Part shown: piece by piece, positions 14,374 through 27,729 of the stretch | Layout: each line of letters begins with the position of its first letter | Numbering within the stretch: the stretch's first letter is position 1 | Assembly (NCBI RefSeq): GCF_009914755.1 | Contig: NC_060930.1 | Direction: 5' to 3' (one strand) | DNA from: the human T2T-CHM13v2.0 reference genome, Homo sapiens | DNA length: 64,000 nucleotides | Translations under genes and position numbers: made by a program | Notes under the pieces: generated by a model | The model's input: only the letters and a program-made list of their open reading frames with translations | What the model was told of the DNA's origin: nothing | Database searches by the model: none

Positions 14374-14744
14374 ATGAACATTCCATAACCATTTTGCCCT
14401 TGTGATGTCATCACTCTACCATTTTGTTTCTGGACTATCTCCCTGCAACGTAAGTTAACATGTGCTCAGGTAATAAAATTTATTATAATGTTAATATGGG
14501 TGAGTAAAATAAGTAGTAAAAATTATATTAAGACAAAGTATTTCCTTATTTCTCATTATTCTAAAATTTTTTCCTCCATTGCCTGTCAATTTAAATATTT
14601 ATATACTCAGCAACCATTTTTATTAGTTATTACCTTAAGTTTAATATTCTGCTCTCAATTCTAAAAGGTATTTGGGGAAAAAAAGGGGAGTAGCGGGACA
14701 GATCAATGAAATTATGTAGATAATCAGTAATAAAACCAAGACTG

Positions 14745-15384
<640 letters not shown>

Positions 15385-16644
15385 GTTTGCTTCATAACAT
15401 GCATTAATCAAGGTAACCCACCACTCAAACTCAAATAAAACCAAACACCTCCAATCAAGGGACATTTACTATTCTCTACTGGTGAGATTTTATTCCCAGA
15501 ATTCGACATCATCCTCTGCAAATAAATCATTTCTCTGCATTTCATAGCCAGGTCCGATTAGCTTTGCACATAGTTTTCTTTTCATGTGTACACAATGGCA
15601 GCCTAGTGAAAATCCTTCTCTTCTTATTGCTATTAAGCTACAGTGGAGTTTCCTACAAGGCAGATTTGAGTTTAAGCCCATCTCACATTCTGTACAAGGT
15701 TCTCATTGTTGAAAGAACTCACTACATATAACTCAGTTTTACCAATAACACTTCCCCAGCATAGGCTCAAAAGAGAGACGTTCCCTATCCTACCTATAAA
15801 CTCATTTGAGAACTAAATATGAAATATCCCAAATGTCATTTGACCACATCATAAAAAGGGAGCAAAACTTGTTGAAGTTTAAATTCCCTTATGTGTCACA
15901 TTAAGGAGTTAGATCATTGGAGGCATTTCGAGCCCATGAATACTGATTTTGCACTTTCTGTAACATTTTAAGTAAGGTCTTACGCAGAGGTGGGACATAT
16001 CTTTAGAAATTTATTTTACGTATTTACAGTTAATGAGATTTCTCCCTTTTAGAAGAGCTTCTTATTTGTCATGCTCCCACCTTCTTACCCAGGGTAGTTT
16101 AAGATGGTTTTATATGTTAAAAAGAATCCACAGAACAGCTCATTTCTTATAAAATAAAATAGGAACCCAGACTCAGAAGTTAACTGACTTTGGGTTTTTC
16201 AAAGAGTCAGGGTTATAGTTCAAATTTGCAGTGAGATTCCAAATCCAATATTAAACTTCATGTTCTTATTTGGAAATACACTGCTTAGATGATCATTCTC
16301 CTTCTTTTATTTAGTGACTGGAGAACTATATCTGGCTGGTCATTTACATTTCTTGTTAAATAAAAATGCAAGAATTGTACTCCAGAATGAGTCAGTCTAT
16401 AATGTTTACTGAGTGAAAAATAGCTACAGCTTTTAAAAGTAGGAGTACAAGAAAATAGAATGGAAATAAAATGTATGCAACCCTTCTAGGCAGCTTTCAA
16501 TCTCATAGAAAAAATAGAGATAAATACTTTTTGCTTTATCTAAACTGCAGAAATTCACAACTAAGCATAGTAGTTAGTGACATTATGAAATTAATACTAT
16601 CTGGTTCTTTATGGTTATTGGATCAACTGAGGCTGTTTGGAGTG

Positions 16645-17000
16645 TGATACGGTTTGGCTGTGTCCCCATCCAAATCTCACCTTGAATTGTAATAATCCCC
16701 ATATGTCAAGGGTGGGGCCAGGTGGAGATAATCGAATCATGGGGACGGTTTCCCTCATACTGTTCTCTTGGTAGTGAATAAGTCTCACGAGATCTGATGG
16801 TTTTATAAATGGGAGTTCTCCTGCACAAACTCTCCTGCCTGCCACCAGGTGAGAAGTGACTTTGCTCCTAATTTGCCTTCAGCCATGATTGTGAGGCCTC
16901 CCCAGCCATGTAGAACTGTGAGTCAATTAAACTTCCTTTCTTTATAAATTACCCAGTTTGGGGTACGTCTTTATTAGCAGTGTGAGAACAAACTAATACA
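16645..17000 (+). mobile_element. THE1 (C-like) solo LTR
   Basis: tgatacggtttggctgtgtcccc..actaataca; perfect 5-bp TSD GAGTG. Confidence 0.93.
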
Positions 17001-17052
17001 GAGTGAGAATAGAAAAATATCTGAACAAAGTAAGGTTTTAAAAAAATTTTTG

Positions 17053-17379
17053 ATTAGGCATTATGGCTCATGCCTATAATCCCATAGGCATTTTGGGGAG
17101 GCAAAATCCTCATGCATTTGGGAGGCAAAAGCAGGAGGATTGCTTGAGGCCAGGAATTTGAGATCAGCCTCAACAATATAGCAAGACATCTTCTCTAGAA
17201 AAATAAAATTTAAAAATTAGCTGGGCATGGTGGTAATGCACCTGTAGTTCTAGCTACTTGAGAGGCTGAAGCAGGAGGATCATTTGAGCCCAGGAGTTTA
17301 AGTTGCAGTGAGCTGTGATCACATCACTGCACTCCAGCCCTGGTGGCAGAGTGAGACCCTGTCTCAAAAAAAAAAAAAA
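17053..17379 (+). mobile_element. AluJ with small internal duplication
   Basis: gcattt(t)ggg(g)aggcaaaa occurs twice in the left arm. Confidence 0.9.
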
Positions 17380-17420
17380 TGAATTTTTAAAGTATATGGG
17401 AGAGTGTGCATATTATCTAA

Positions 17421-17494
17421 GCACATCCTCCCATATACTTTAAATTCACCTCTAGATTACTTTCACCTAATCTAATATAAACACTATGTAAGTA
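17421..17494 (+). mobile_element. MER2 (Tigger2-derived) fragment, left piece
   Basis: gcacatcctcccatatactttaaat..tctagattact..atgtaagtag; compare the other MER2 at 44795. Confidence 0.75.
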
Positions 17495-18213
17495 GTGAAA
17501 AATAAAATCCTAAGCCCCCACAACCAACTGAACAGACCCTCTCTTGGCCAAGAAGAACCCAAAGAAACCTTAAAACTGAGTTTCCAGCCATGACGCAATG
17601 GGAGATTGGACATGTCTTATTATACCCCTCCCTCACTAGCAGCCATTTGGCTTTCTTCCCTAAGGATTAAATAGAAATCAGCCCTGTTGAAAGATTCACT
17701 CCACCACTGATGTAAACCAACTGTTTGACCGCTGCCCCTCCCTTTTGCAGTTTCAACACTACTGACCAGCGTTCCTTCCTGATAAGAGACCACCAACTAT
17801 GGAGTGGTACTGGCCTGTCAATGGAGGATACACAGTGAGGGTTTTTGTGTCCTGTGTTTCACGTTTTGACATTAGAGAGCCAAAAACTCCATCCTGGGAT
17901 CATGCAGAAGCAACCATTTTTTGAACATGGGACCCGTGAAGGGGTTTGAAGCTCAATTGCACATGTGCATGTTTCTCCTGTCATAAATATTCATGACTCC
18001 TCCTATAGTTTATTGATTACCTATATTTGGCCACCCAGTCTGGCATAAATTCCTGTCTTATCCTTCCTACTCCTAAACTGCCTGTATTTGGCTTTTGGTT
18101 GCATGCTATGCTTCCTAGCCTTTCAGAATGGCCACTCTGCAGGCTGCTTCCTTTTATAAGAAATAAAGCTCTTATTTCCAAATCTATAAACCTCATCACT
18201 TCTTCAGTTGACA
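17495..18213 (+). mobile_element. MER4-group LTR (MER4E-like), 5' LTR of a truncated provirus
   Basis: aaaaataaaatcctaagccccc..gaaataaagctc..ttcttcagttgaca, followed directly by ERV internal sequence. Confidence 0.8.
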
Positions 18214-18687
18214 TAATGGGAGATGTGGATAGAATCTGCAGAGAACCCTGGGTCCTCCCAGCATGACTTGAAGTCAATGCGCCAACATCTACAGCTTAGC
18301 TGTCTCCCCAGCCATGCTGGGAGGAAGTCAAGTAAGTTTCCCCAGATCTAAGACCTCCTGCTTTTTAGGCTGAAGACTGGAGACATTCTCTCCACATCTT
18401 CCTTTTATTTCCTCCCAGTTCCTTTTCAGTCCCTGTCCTGGTATCCTCCATCCAGACCTTAGAGGGAATGTCTTTATTGGACCCAGGTTTGGGGAAAGTC
18501 TTCCCAGTCTTCCTGATTCCCTCCATCCTGACCCCAGAGGAAACTTTCCCTGTCTGTCCTGGGTTGGGGGAGGTGTTTCCCAGTCCAGTCAGACTCAGCT
18601 GGACCCTAATATTTTGTAAGAATACTCATGTGAAAGGTAATCAAAGGTACTCCTTCATAAGGTTAGTGAAGTTTGGAAAATCTTGGT

Positions 18688-19330
18688 TCTTTTTTTTTTT
18701 TTACTTTAAGTTCTGGGATACATGTGCAGAACATGAAGGTTTGCTACATAGGTATACATTTGCCATGGTGGCTTGCTGCACCTATCAACCTGGCATCTAG
18801 GTTTTAAGCTCCGCATGCATTAGGTATTTGTCCTAATGTTATCCCGCCCCTTGCCCCCCACCCCCCAACAGGCCCCGGTGTGTGATGTTCCCCTCCCTGT
18901 GTCCATGTGTTCTCATTGTTCAACTCCTGCTTATAAGTGAGAACATGCAGTTTTTGGTTTTCTGTTCCTGTGTTAGTTTGCTGAGAGTGATGGTTTCCAG
19001 CTTCATCCATGTCACTGCAAAGGACATGAACTCATCATTTTTTATGGCTGCATAGTATTCCATGGTGTATATATGCCACATTTTCTTAATCCAGTCTATC
19101 ACTGATGGGCATTTGGGTTGGTTCCAAGTCTTTGCTATTGTGAACAATGCTGCAGTAAACATACCTGTGCACGTGTCTTTATAGAAGAAAGATTTATAAT
19201 CCTTTGGATATGTACCCAGTAATGGGATCTCTGGGTCAAATGGTATTTCTGGTTTCTAGATCCTTGAGGAATTGCCACACTGTCTTCCACAATGGTTGAA
19301 CTAATTTATATTCCCTATATTCCCACCAAT
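18688..19330 (-). mobile_element. L1PA8-like 3' end (5'-truncated)
   Basis: Poly-T, L1PA 3' UTR, and ORF 18920-19162 = L1 ORF2p C-terminus (MFTAALFTIAKTWNQPKCPS..); degenerate TSD gga.aa.ctt.gt.ct. Confidence 0.93.
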
Positions 19331-19804
19331 GGAGAACCTTAGTCCTAAGAGTACAGTCTCTGATCAGCTGCCATCAGAGGCTCCAGCAGTTTACATGTTT
19401 AGGAACGATAGGAAGATCAAATTAAAAAAAAAAAAAACATATCAGCATCATTGCTAGCCTTAAAAATTCTCTTGACTTATTTAAGGAACAAAAAAATGGA
19501 CCGGAAACAAAGTTAGAATCCCTGTACGCTCAAACTGCTTAGGATTCCATGCAGGATTAACAATGGAGGCTGCTCCATTTTGTTGTCTGGTGATTAAAAT
19601 TTCTGATCAGGGGATCGGTTTCTTTTGTTTTGATATTTGTGTGACTTTTGCCATTTATTGATCCTTTTCCCTTCCATGGACAGCTTTTGGTTCCCTGTCT
19701 TGTACTTGTGGGAGCATATGAGGCTTTTCTTATGAAAAACTGAGACCCAAGAGAATATGATTAGACAGAAATGTGAGTTATACTCCACTTGTGGCTGGTG
19801 AAAC

Positions 19805-20565
19805 TGAAACCACCTTTGCAAAGATTATGACAGTGAAAGAAGTCTAACATGGCTGACTCCATCTTGCTTCTAGCTTCACAAGCTGGCTGTCTTTGCTCAT
19901 TCCTGGGCATAGGCAAAGCTAATCATGGGAAGAATTTCATTTATAATTTAAGTTGGAAACAAGAATGATAATAGACCCTCCCTAAAACTAACCCGTCCTT
20001 GCTCAGAGACTGAAAACTAAGGAAAGACTTTGAGATTGAGATTATGAGAGAGGCCTGAACTCTGCTAAAATGTAGGCATAGTTTCTATAATCCCTTATGG
20101 CTCAGCAGTCATGTAGCCAGAGGTCACAAGATTTGTGGCTTCCCCAGTTGCTTCTACAGATAACTTCACTGTTGTAGAACCTAGGAGTAGTCTTTTGAGT
20201 TGTTGTTCAGATTTTTGCATTCTGGCAACTGACTGACCCTACCCAGACCTGTGACTCATGATTCAACTAGTCTTGTAGCTCCCACCTCTAAGAGGCGGAC
20301 TCAGGGCATGAGGATCATCTTCCACATCCCTGTGATTTCACCCCCAGCCAATCAACAGCATCCATTCCCTAGCCCCCTGCCCACTAAATTATCCATAAAA
20401 ACCCTAGGATCTGAGTTCTTAGGGAGATTGGTTTAAAGGATAATGCCAGTTCTTCTGTGTGGCCAACCTTCTCTTAATTAAACTCTTTCTTTACTGCAAT
20501 ACCATGGTCTCAGTGAATTGATTTTGTCTGTGCAACAGAAGGAAGAGCCCATTTGGGTGATTACA
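19805..20565 (+). mobile_element. ERV1 solo LTR, LTR8A-like
   Basis: tgaaaccacctttgcaaagattatgacagtg..gggtgattaca; 4-bp TSD AAAC. Confidence 0.9.
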
Positions 20566-20598
20566 AAACTTTCCTTTCTTTGAGTTGCCTTTGGGGTA

Positions 20599-23237
20599 TG
20601 TATTAATCTGTTCTTGCACTGCTATGAAGAAACACCTGAAACTGGGTAATTAATAAAGGAAAGAACTTATGCAGGCCATACAGGAAACATAGCAGCCTGT
20701 GCTTCTGGGGAGGCCTCAGAAATCTTATGATCATGGCAAAAGGCAAAGGAGAAGCAGGCACAACTTACATGGCTGGAGCAGGAGCAAGATGTGGGGGAAT
20801 AGGGGGAGTGCTACACATTTTTAAACAACCAGATCTCACTTACTATACAGTACCAAAGTACTGTACAGAAGTCACTTACTATACAGTACCAAAGGGGGAT
20901 GGTGCTAAACCATTCAAGAGAACTCTGACCCCATGATCCAATCACCTCCCATCAGCCCTTACCTTCAACATTGGTGACTACAATTCAACCTCAGATTTAG
21001 GTGGGGACACATATCCAAATCATATCATTCCACCCTTGGCCCCTCCAAATCTCATGTCCTTCCACATTGCAAAATACAATCATGCCTTGCCAACAGTCCC
21101 CCTAAGTCTTAACTCATTCCAGCATTAACTCAAAAATCCAAAGTCCAAAGTCTCATCTGAGACAAGGCAAGTGCCTTCTACCTATGAGCCTGTAAAATCA
21201 AAAACAAGTTAGTTACTTCCAAGATATAATGGGAGTACAGGCATAGGGTAAATTCTTCCATTCCAAAAGGGAGAAATAAGCCAAGAGAAAGGGGCTACAG
21301 GCCCCATGAAAGTCTGAATCACAGTCATCATTAAATCTTTTTTTTTAAATAGAGATGGGGGGTCTCACTATTTTGACCAGGCTGGTCTCAAACTCCTGGC
21401 CTCACACAATCTTCCCAACTTGGCCTCCCAAAGTGCTGGGATTATAGGTGTTAGCCACTGCACCTGACCCATAATTAAATCTGAAAGCTCCAAAGTAATC
21501 TCCTTTGACCCCATGTCTCACATCCAGGGCACACTGGTGCCAAGAGATATACTCCCAAGGCCTTGGGCAGCTCTGCCCCTGTGGCTTTGCAGCATTTAGC
21601 TCTTGCAGCTGCTCTCAAGGGCTGGCGTTGAGTGCCTGTGGCTTTTCCAGCCACAGGGGTCGAGCTCCTGCTGGCTCTACCATTCCAGGATCTGGAGGGT
21701 GGTGGCCCTCTTCTCATAACTCCTCTAGGCAGTGCCCCAGTGGGGACTCTGTATGGGGGCTCCAACCCCACATTTTCCCTCTACACTGCCCTAGGAGAGT
21801 TTCTTTATGATGGCACTGCCCCTGCAACAGGCTTCTGCTGGGATGTCCAGGCTTTTCCATACATCCTCTGTAATCTAGGCATAGGTTCTCAAGCCTCAAC
21901 TCTTGCAATCTGCACACCCACAGGCTTAACACCACGTGGAAGTCACCAAGGCCCTCTGAAGCAGTGGCCCAAGCTGTACCTGGGCCCCTTTGAGCCATGA
22001 CTGGAGCTACAGCAGTTGGGATGCCAGGAACAGTGTCATGAGGCTGCAGGGGGCAGCAGGGTCCTGGGCCTGGCCCAAGAAACCATTCTAGGGCTCTGGA
22101 CCTGTGATGAAAGGGACTGAAATGCATTTCAGGACTTTTCCCCATTGTCTTGGCTATGAGCACTTGCCTTCCTTTTAGTTATGCAAATTTCTGTAGCCTG
22201 CTTGAATTCCTCCCCTGAAAATGGGTTTTTCTTTTCTACCACATGGCCAGGCTGCAAATTTTCCAAGTATTTTTGCTCTACTTCCTTTTTAAATATAAGT
22301 TCCAGTTTCAGGTCATTTATTTGCTTATGCATATAAGCATAGGTTGTTAGAAGCATCCAGGTCACATACTAAACACTTTGCTGCTTAGAAATATCTTCTT
22401 CCAGATATCCTAAATTGTCACTCTCAAGTTTAAATTTCCACAGATCCTTAGGGCAGGGCCACAATGTCTCCAAATTCTTTGCTAAAGCATAACAAAAGTG
22501 ACCTTTGCTCCAGTCCCCAATAAGTTCCTTATTTCCATCTGAGACTTCATCAACCTGGCCTTTATTTTCCAAATCACTATCAGCATTTCAGTCACAACCA
22601 TTTAACCAGTCTCTAGGGAGTTCCAAATGTTCCCTGATCTTCCTGTCTTCTTGTGAGCCCTCCAGACTTTTCCAACCTCTGCCTGTTATGCAGTTCCAAA
22701 GTGGCTTCCACATTTTCAGGTATCTTTATAGCAATGCCCCATTCCTGCGTACCAATTTTCAGTATTAGTCCATTCTTGCACTGCTATAAAAAAACCCAGA
22801 AACTCTGTAATTTTTAAGAAAAAGAGATTTAATTGGCTCATAGTTCTGCTTCTGCTTCTGCTTCTGCTTCTGCTTCTGCAGGCTGTACAGGAAGCTTAAC
22901 AGCTTCTGCTTCTGGGGAGGCCTCAGGAAACTTCCAATCATGGCAGAAGGTGAAGGAGAAGCAGGCACATCTTACATGGCTGGAGCGGGAGCAAGCAAGA
23001 AAACAAGCAAGCAGGAACAAGAAAAAAAGAGAGGGTGAGGGAGGTGTGACACACTTTTAGACAACCGGATCTTGTAAGAATTTACTCACCATACAATACC
23101 AAGGGGAAATGGTGCTAAATCATTCATGAGAACTCCACCCCCATGATCCAATCACCTCCCACCAAGCCCTACCTCCAACAATGGGGATTACAATTTGACC
23201 TGAGATTTGGATGAGGAAACAGACCCACACCATATCA
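20599..23237 (-). mobile_element. Two-LTR MaLR element (MSTA-like LTR - MST-int - LTR)
   Basis: LTRs ~20599-21027 and ~22761-23237 around MaLR internal sequence; 5-bp TSD GGGTA/GGGCA; frames broken. Confidence 0.9.
21338..21470 (-). mobile_element. FLAM / Alu left monomer inside MST-int
   Basis: TSD attaaatct. Confidence 0.88.
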
Positions 23238-23485
23238 GGGCATCTGATCTTCTGAGGACTGCTTTCAACCTCTTTGGAGAAGCCTCGTGCATCTTTGGTT
23301 AAGTCATAACCTTGATTAACACTTATTGATTTCACTTGGAAGGATATAGCTGGTTAAAAAAAAGTTCAAAAGCCACAAATATCAACTGTTTGTCCTGGCC
23401 AAAAAGTCATTATAAGAGATTTGAAAGAATTTTTTTTTTAAGAGCTCTCTGATTAGAAGTCAGCTTAATTAAAAGCCAATATCTA

Positions 23486-23603
23486 AGGTGGGAGAATTGC
23501 TTGCCTGGGAGTTCAAGGCTGCAGTGAGCTATGATCACACCACTGCATGCCAGCCTGGGGTACAGAGCAAGACCCTATCTCAAAAAAAAAATAAAAATAA
23601 AAA
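23486..23603 (+). mobile_element. Alu right-arm fragment (AluJ/FRAM)
   Basis: ggtgggagaattgcttg..gaccctatctcaaaaa. Confidence 0.85.
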
Positions 23604-23868
23604 TCAAGTTATCTCATTTATTTTTATTCCTCCCTACTTCTTCCTTTTTGTCATCTCCAATACCACATGGAAGGATCTAGAGAAGACTGCTGTATTAGTC
23701 TGTTCTCACATTGCTATAAAGAAATACCTAAGACTGGATAATTTATAAAGAAAGGTTTAATTGGCTCACAGTTCTGCAGGCTATACAAGCAGCATAGCAA
23801 CATCTGTTTCTGGGGAGGCCTCAGGAAGCTTACAATCATGGCAGAAGGTGAAGGGGGAGCAGTCACAC

Positions 23869-24348
23869 TGTTAGATATGAGTTCTCAATTTCTTTCCAAA
23901 GAATCAATATGTTAGTATGTTCAATTTTTTGCCTTCTACTTTTAAACTTAACTTCCTGTTAAAGCAACCTTTTTTGATTACCTGCTCCACCCTGACTCAT
24001 TCCGATTACCTGCTCCACCCTGATTCATTCCTATTACCTACTCCACCCTGATACATTCCGATTACATGCTCTGTCATAACCATTTTTCCCACCAAACCAC
24101 TCACCCCGTCACTCTCTTTAAATTAGCGGTCTAACCCTAGCCAATAGGGGAACGACACAGCAGCAGGGGCCACACATGCGTCAGGGATAAGAACCCCTTC
24201 CCCTCCCTTGTCCAAGTGTGCACTCACCATTGCTCCATCTGTAAGGGTGCACCCTTCTATAGAAGTAACTTGCCTTGCTGAGAATTGAAAGTAAAATTTT
24301 ATATTCGAGTGCTATTTCTTTTGCGGCACCAAAAGTTTATTTATAACA
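23869..24348 (+). mobile_element. LTR10 (A/F-like, HERV-IP10) solo LTR
   Basis: tgttagatatgagttct..ttataaca; 4-bp TSD ACAC; internal 28-bp VNTR. Confidence 0.85.
23975..24072 (+). repeat. 28-bp VNTR (3 units plus partial) within LTR10
   Basis: Units 23975-24002, 24003-24030, 24031-24058 of gattacctgctccaccctgactcattc type. Confidence 0.95.
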
Positions 24349-25002
24349 ACACCACGTGGTGAAAGCAGTACCAAGAGAGAGGGGAGGTGCCACACACTTT
24401 TTAATGACCAGATTTTATGAGAATTCACTCATTGCCACAAGGAGAGCACCCAAAGGATGGTGCTATACCATTCATGAGAAACGCCCTCGTGATCCAATCA
24501 CCTCCCACCAGGCTCCATCTCCAACACTGGCAATTGCATTTCAACATGAGATTTGGGCTAGGCACACATCCAAACTATGTCAACTCCTAATGACTCAGAC
24601 CCCTCAAGGAACTCAGAAAAAGGCACAATTCATCCCCTTTTTAGGGGTCTTCTGCTTTTCTTCCTAAATTTCAAGAGTTACAGGCAAGTTCCGCCGAGAT
24701 CTAAAACTCTTCTCTCTTTTGTATTGCATTACCTGATCTTTTTGGCTTTGAGGGGAACCCGAGATTACTTTGTGCAGTGAGAGGACTTGACCTTCATGTA
24801 TTTTGGCTGGTGGTTTTAGCAAGAGCTGCAGTGCTAGGAGGGGCTGATGATATTTATACATGGTCATTACCACAGGGAGCTACCTGTGTTCACATTTAAA
24901 AAGCATGGTTTAGGCCCTAAAGTCTGCATATTTACTCACCCATATTCACTAAAGGGCTCCACCTTAAAGCCAGAAATCTAATTAAAAAACAAACTAAGTT
25001 GA

Positions 25003-25366
<364 letters not shown>

Positions 25367-25740
25367 TTAGGTCTAAGTTCTGTGCTTATGAGATGTATGT
25401 TTTCTATCTTGTTTCACCTAAGAGCCATGTGTTTGGAAATGACTGATGATAGTCTAAAGCAGGGGAGAAACTATTTGAGAACTGGCAAATGAAAAATCTT
25501 ATAAGTCTATAAGATATGCTTTTGTCTGTGTGTGTACGCCTATATGTTTATATATGTCATGTGTATGTAGTATTTCACTACCAGATTATATGAAAGAGCT
25601 CTAATCAACTGGTTTAAAAGCCAAGGGCTTGAATCCAATATTTTATTAGAAAAATAGAAGCTAGCTCAAATGCCTTTTAGTTCATGTGACTTTAGTGATT
25701 GTTGGTAAATAAAACTAGTTTCAAAATTTTCTTCAGTAAG

Positions 25741-25917
25741 AGAATTACTTAAAGTTTTTTAAAAAATACTTTCAATCCATGGTTAGTTAAGCCCACAGTT
25801 GCAGAACCCACAGAAATGGAGGGCTGATTATGTATAGTGTTCAGTACCACTCATGGTTTCAGGTATCCATTAGGGGCCTTGGAACACCTCCTCTCTGGAT
25901 AAGAGGGGACTACTATA
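25741..25917 (+). mobile_element. MER2 3' end followed by MER44/Tigger7-like 3' end
   Basis: ttcaatccatggttagtt..gcagaacccacaga..ggagggctga (MER2 TIR), then ggtttcaggtatcca..ggataagaggggactac (MER44 TIR). Confidence 0.7.
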
Positions 25918-26433
25918 TGTATTTGGGACTGCTTCTGATTGAGAGTTGAAAAGAAAAGCCCTTAGGATGATCTGATCTCAAGGACAGAACGTTTAAAAGG
26001 CACTGAAACCTTTCCCTGTGAAGATTTATCCCTTCCTAGCATAGCTCCTGTTCATTACTATGCTAAAAATGTGTCTGTTGTACTTTCAGCCTGAAGCTAC
26101 AGTGGAAATGGCCACTTTCTATTACTTTAGTCTCAGTAAATGTCAAACTGTACAATAGGAGGAAGAAGTTGGAAATAGAATCACGCTTTCTATGCTTGGC
26201 ATTTTCACTTGGACATATAATCATCCCATCAAATTTAACAGGCATAAAACTTAAGTCCTTATCTTATTCTTGCCCTTCTGAAGTATTTCTTTGCCCCTAA
26301 AAATGCTTCCCACATTTGGCTTTCCTGTTTTTGTTAATGACGCTATTCAATCACTCAGGTCCCAAACCTCAGAGTCATCTTGACAATTTTTCCATTGCAT
26401 TTTTCCCTATGGCTAACAGGATCACAAGTCTAA

Positions 26434-26843
<410 letters not shown>

Positions 26844-27004
26844 TAAATTATTAACGGATTTCTCTGCCTCAGTTTCTCTTTTTCAGTCTAACAAACAACT
26901 GAACATATCTGGGTCAATTTGTAAAACACTGTATGAAAAACTTCCTCCATCTGGGAGAGACCCCAAAAATAATTTGGGTGGAATCATTTTTAAAATACAC
27001 ATAT

Positions 27005-27293
27005 GGGCTCTTTGTTGATGCCTGTAATCCTAGCATTTTGGGAGGTCAAGGAGGGAGGATCACTTGAGCCCAGGAATTCAAGACCAGCCTGGGCTCATCT
27101 GTAATAAGTAAAAAAAAAAAAAAAATTAGCCAGGTGTGGTGTCACATACTTATAGTTTTAGCTACTTGGGAGTCTGAGGCAGGAGGCTGCTTAAGCCCAG
27201 AAGTTAGGGGTTTCAGTGAGCTATGATTGCACCACTGTACTTCAGCCTGGGCAACAGAGTGAGGCCCAGTCTCAAAAAAGTAAATAAGTAAAT
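27005..27293 (+). mobile_element. AluJ
   Basis: Dimer with small left-arm deletion. Confidence 0.9.
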
Positions 27294-27685
27294 ACGTATA
27301 TGTTAAACATCTTATTTTACCTCACACATATAAAACATGAAACATTGATTTGCTAGACTTTTAACAGAGGGCCAAGACTATTTAATTTATAAAGGGACTG
27401 CTAAATGGAGTTCTGAGTCTTCTTTCTAGAATACAGATACCCATGATGTGATTTTCTGGATATGATTTTTATAAAGTGGAGTAAGAACTTATACAGATTT
27501 GTGGAACAAGTACAGAATCCATCTAGATGTCAGTGATTTTCCCCTAATCTTTTACTGTTATTTATAGATTTCTTAAGCTTTTGTTTGGGTTCTGGGTTGT
27601 TTTTTTTTTTTTTTTTTTTGGCAACTCACCTCTGTAGAGATCAGAGATCCTCCAAAGTATTCAATTTACTACAGTAAACTTTGAC

Positions 27686-27688
<3 letters not shown>

Positions 27689-27728
<40 letters not shown>
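27689..27728. repeat. (GT)~20 microsatellite
   Basis: Uninterrupted run. Confidence 0.97.

Positions 27729-27729
<1 letters not shown>

Larger units (their letters stand above)
23691..24582 (-). mobile_element. MSTA/MSTB solo LTR interrupted by LTR10
   Basis: tgtattagtctgttctcacattgctataaag..ccaaactatgtca; TSD ACTGC/ACTCC. Confidence 0.88.

Noticed and set aside
18920-19162. 80-aa ORF with real protein similarity
   Set aside because: It is the L1 ORF2p C-terminus in a 5'-truncated L1PA, not a host gene
21475-22768. Cluster of 80-150 aa ORFs
   Set aside because: Frameshifted MaLR internal ORF remnants; no continuous frame, so no evidence of domestication
22833-23060. SASASA / AEAEAE low-complexity peptides
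   Set aside because: Translation of a hexamer repeat inside an MST LTR
23975-24072. 28-bp repeats as a CRISPR-like array
   Set aside because: Units are head-to-tail with no spacers and lie inside an LTR in primate DNA
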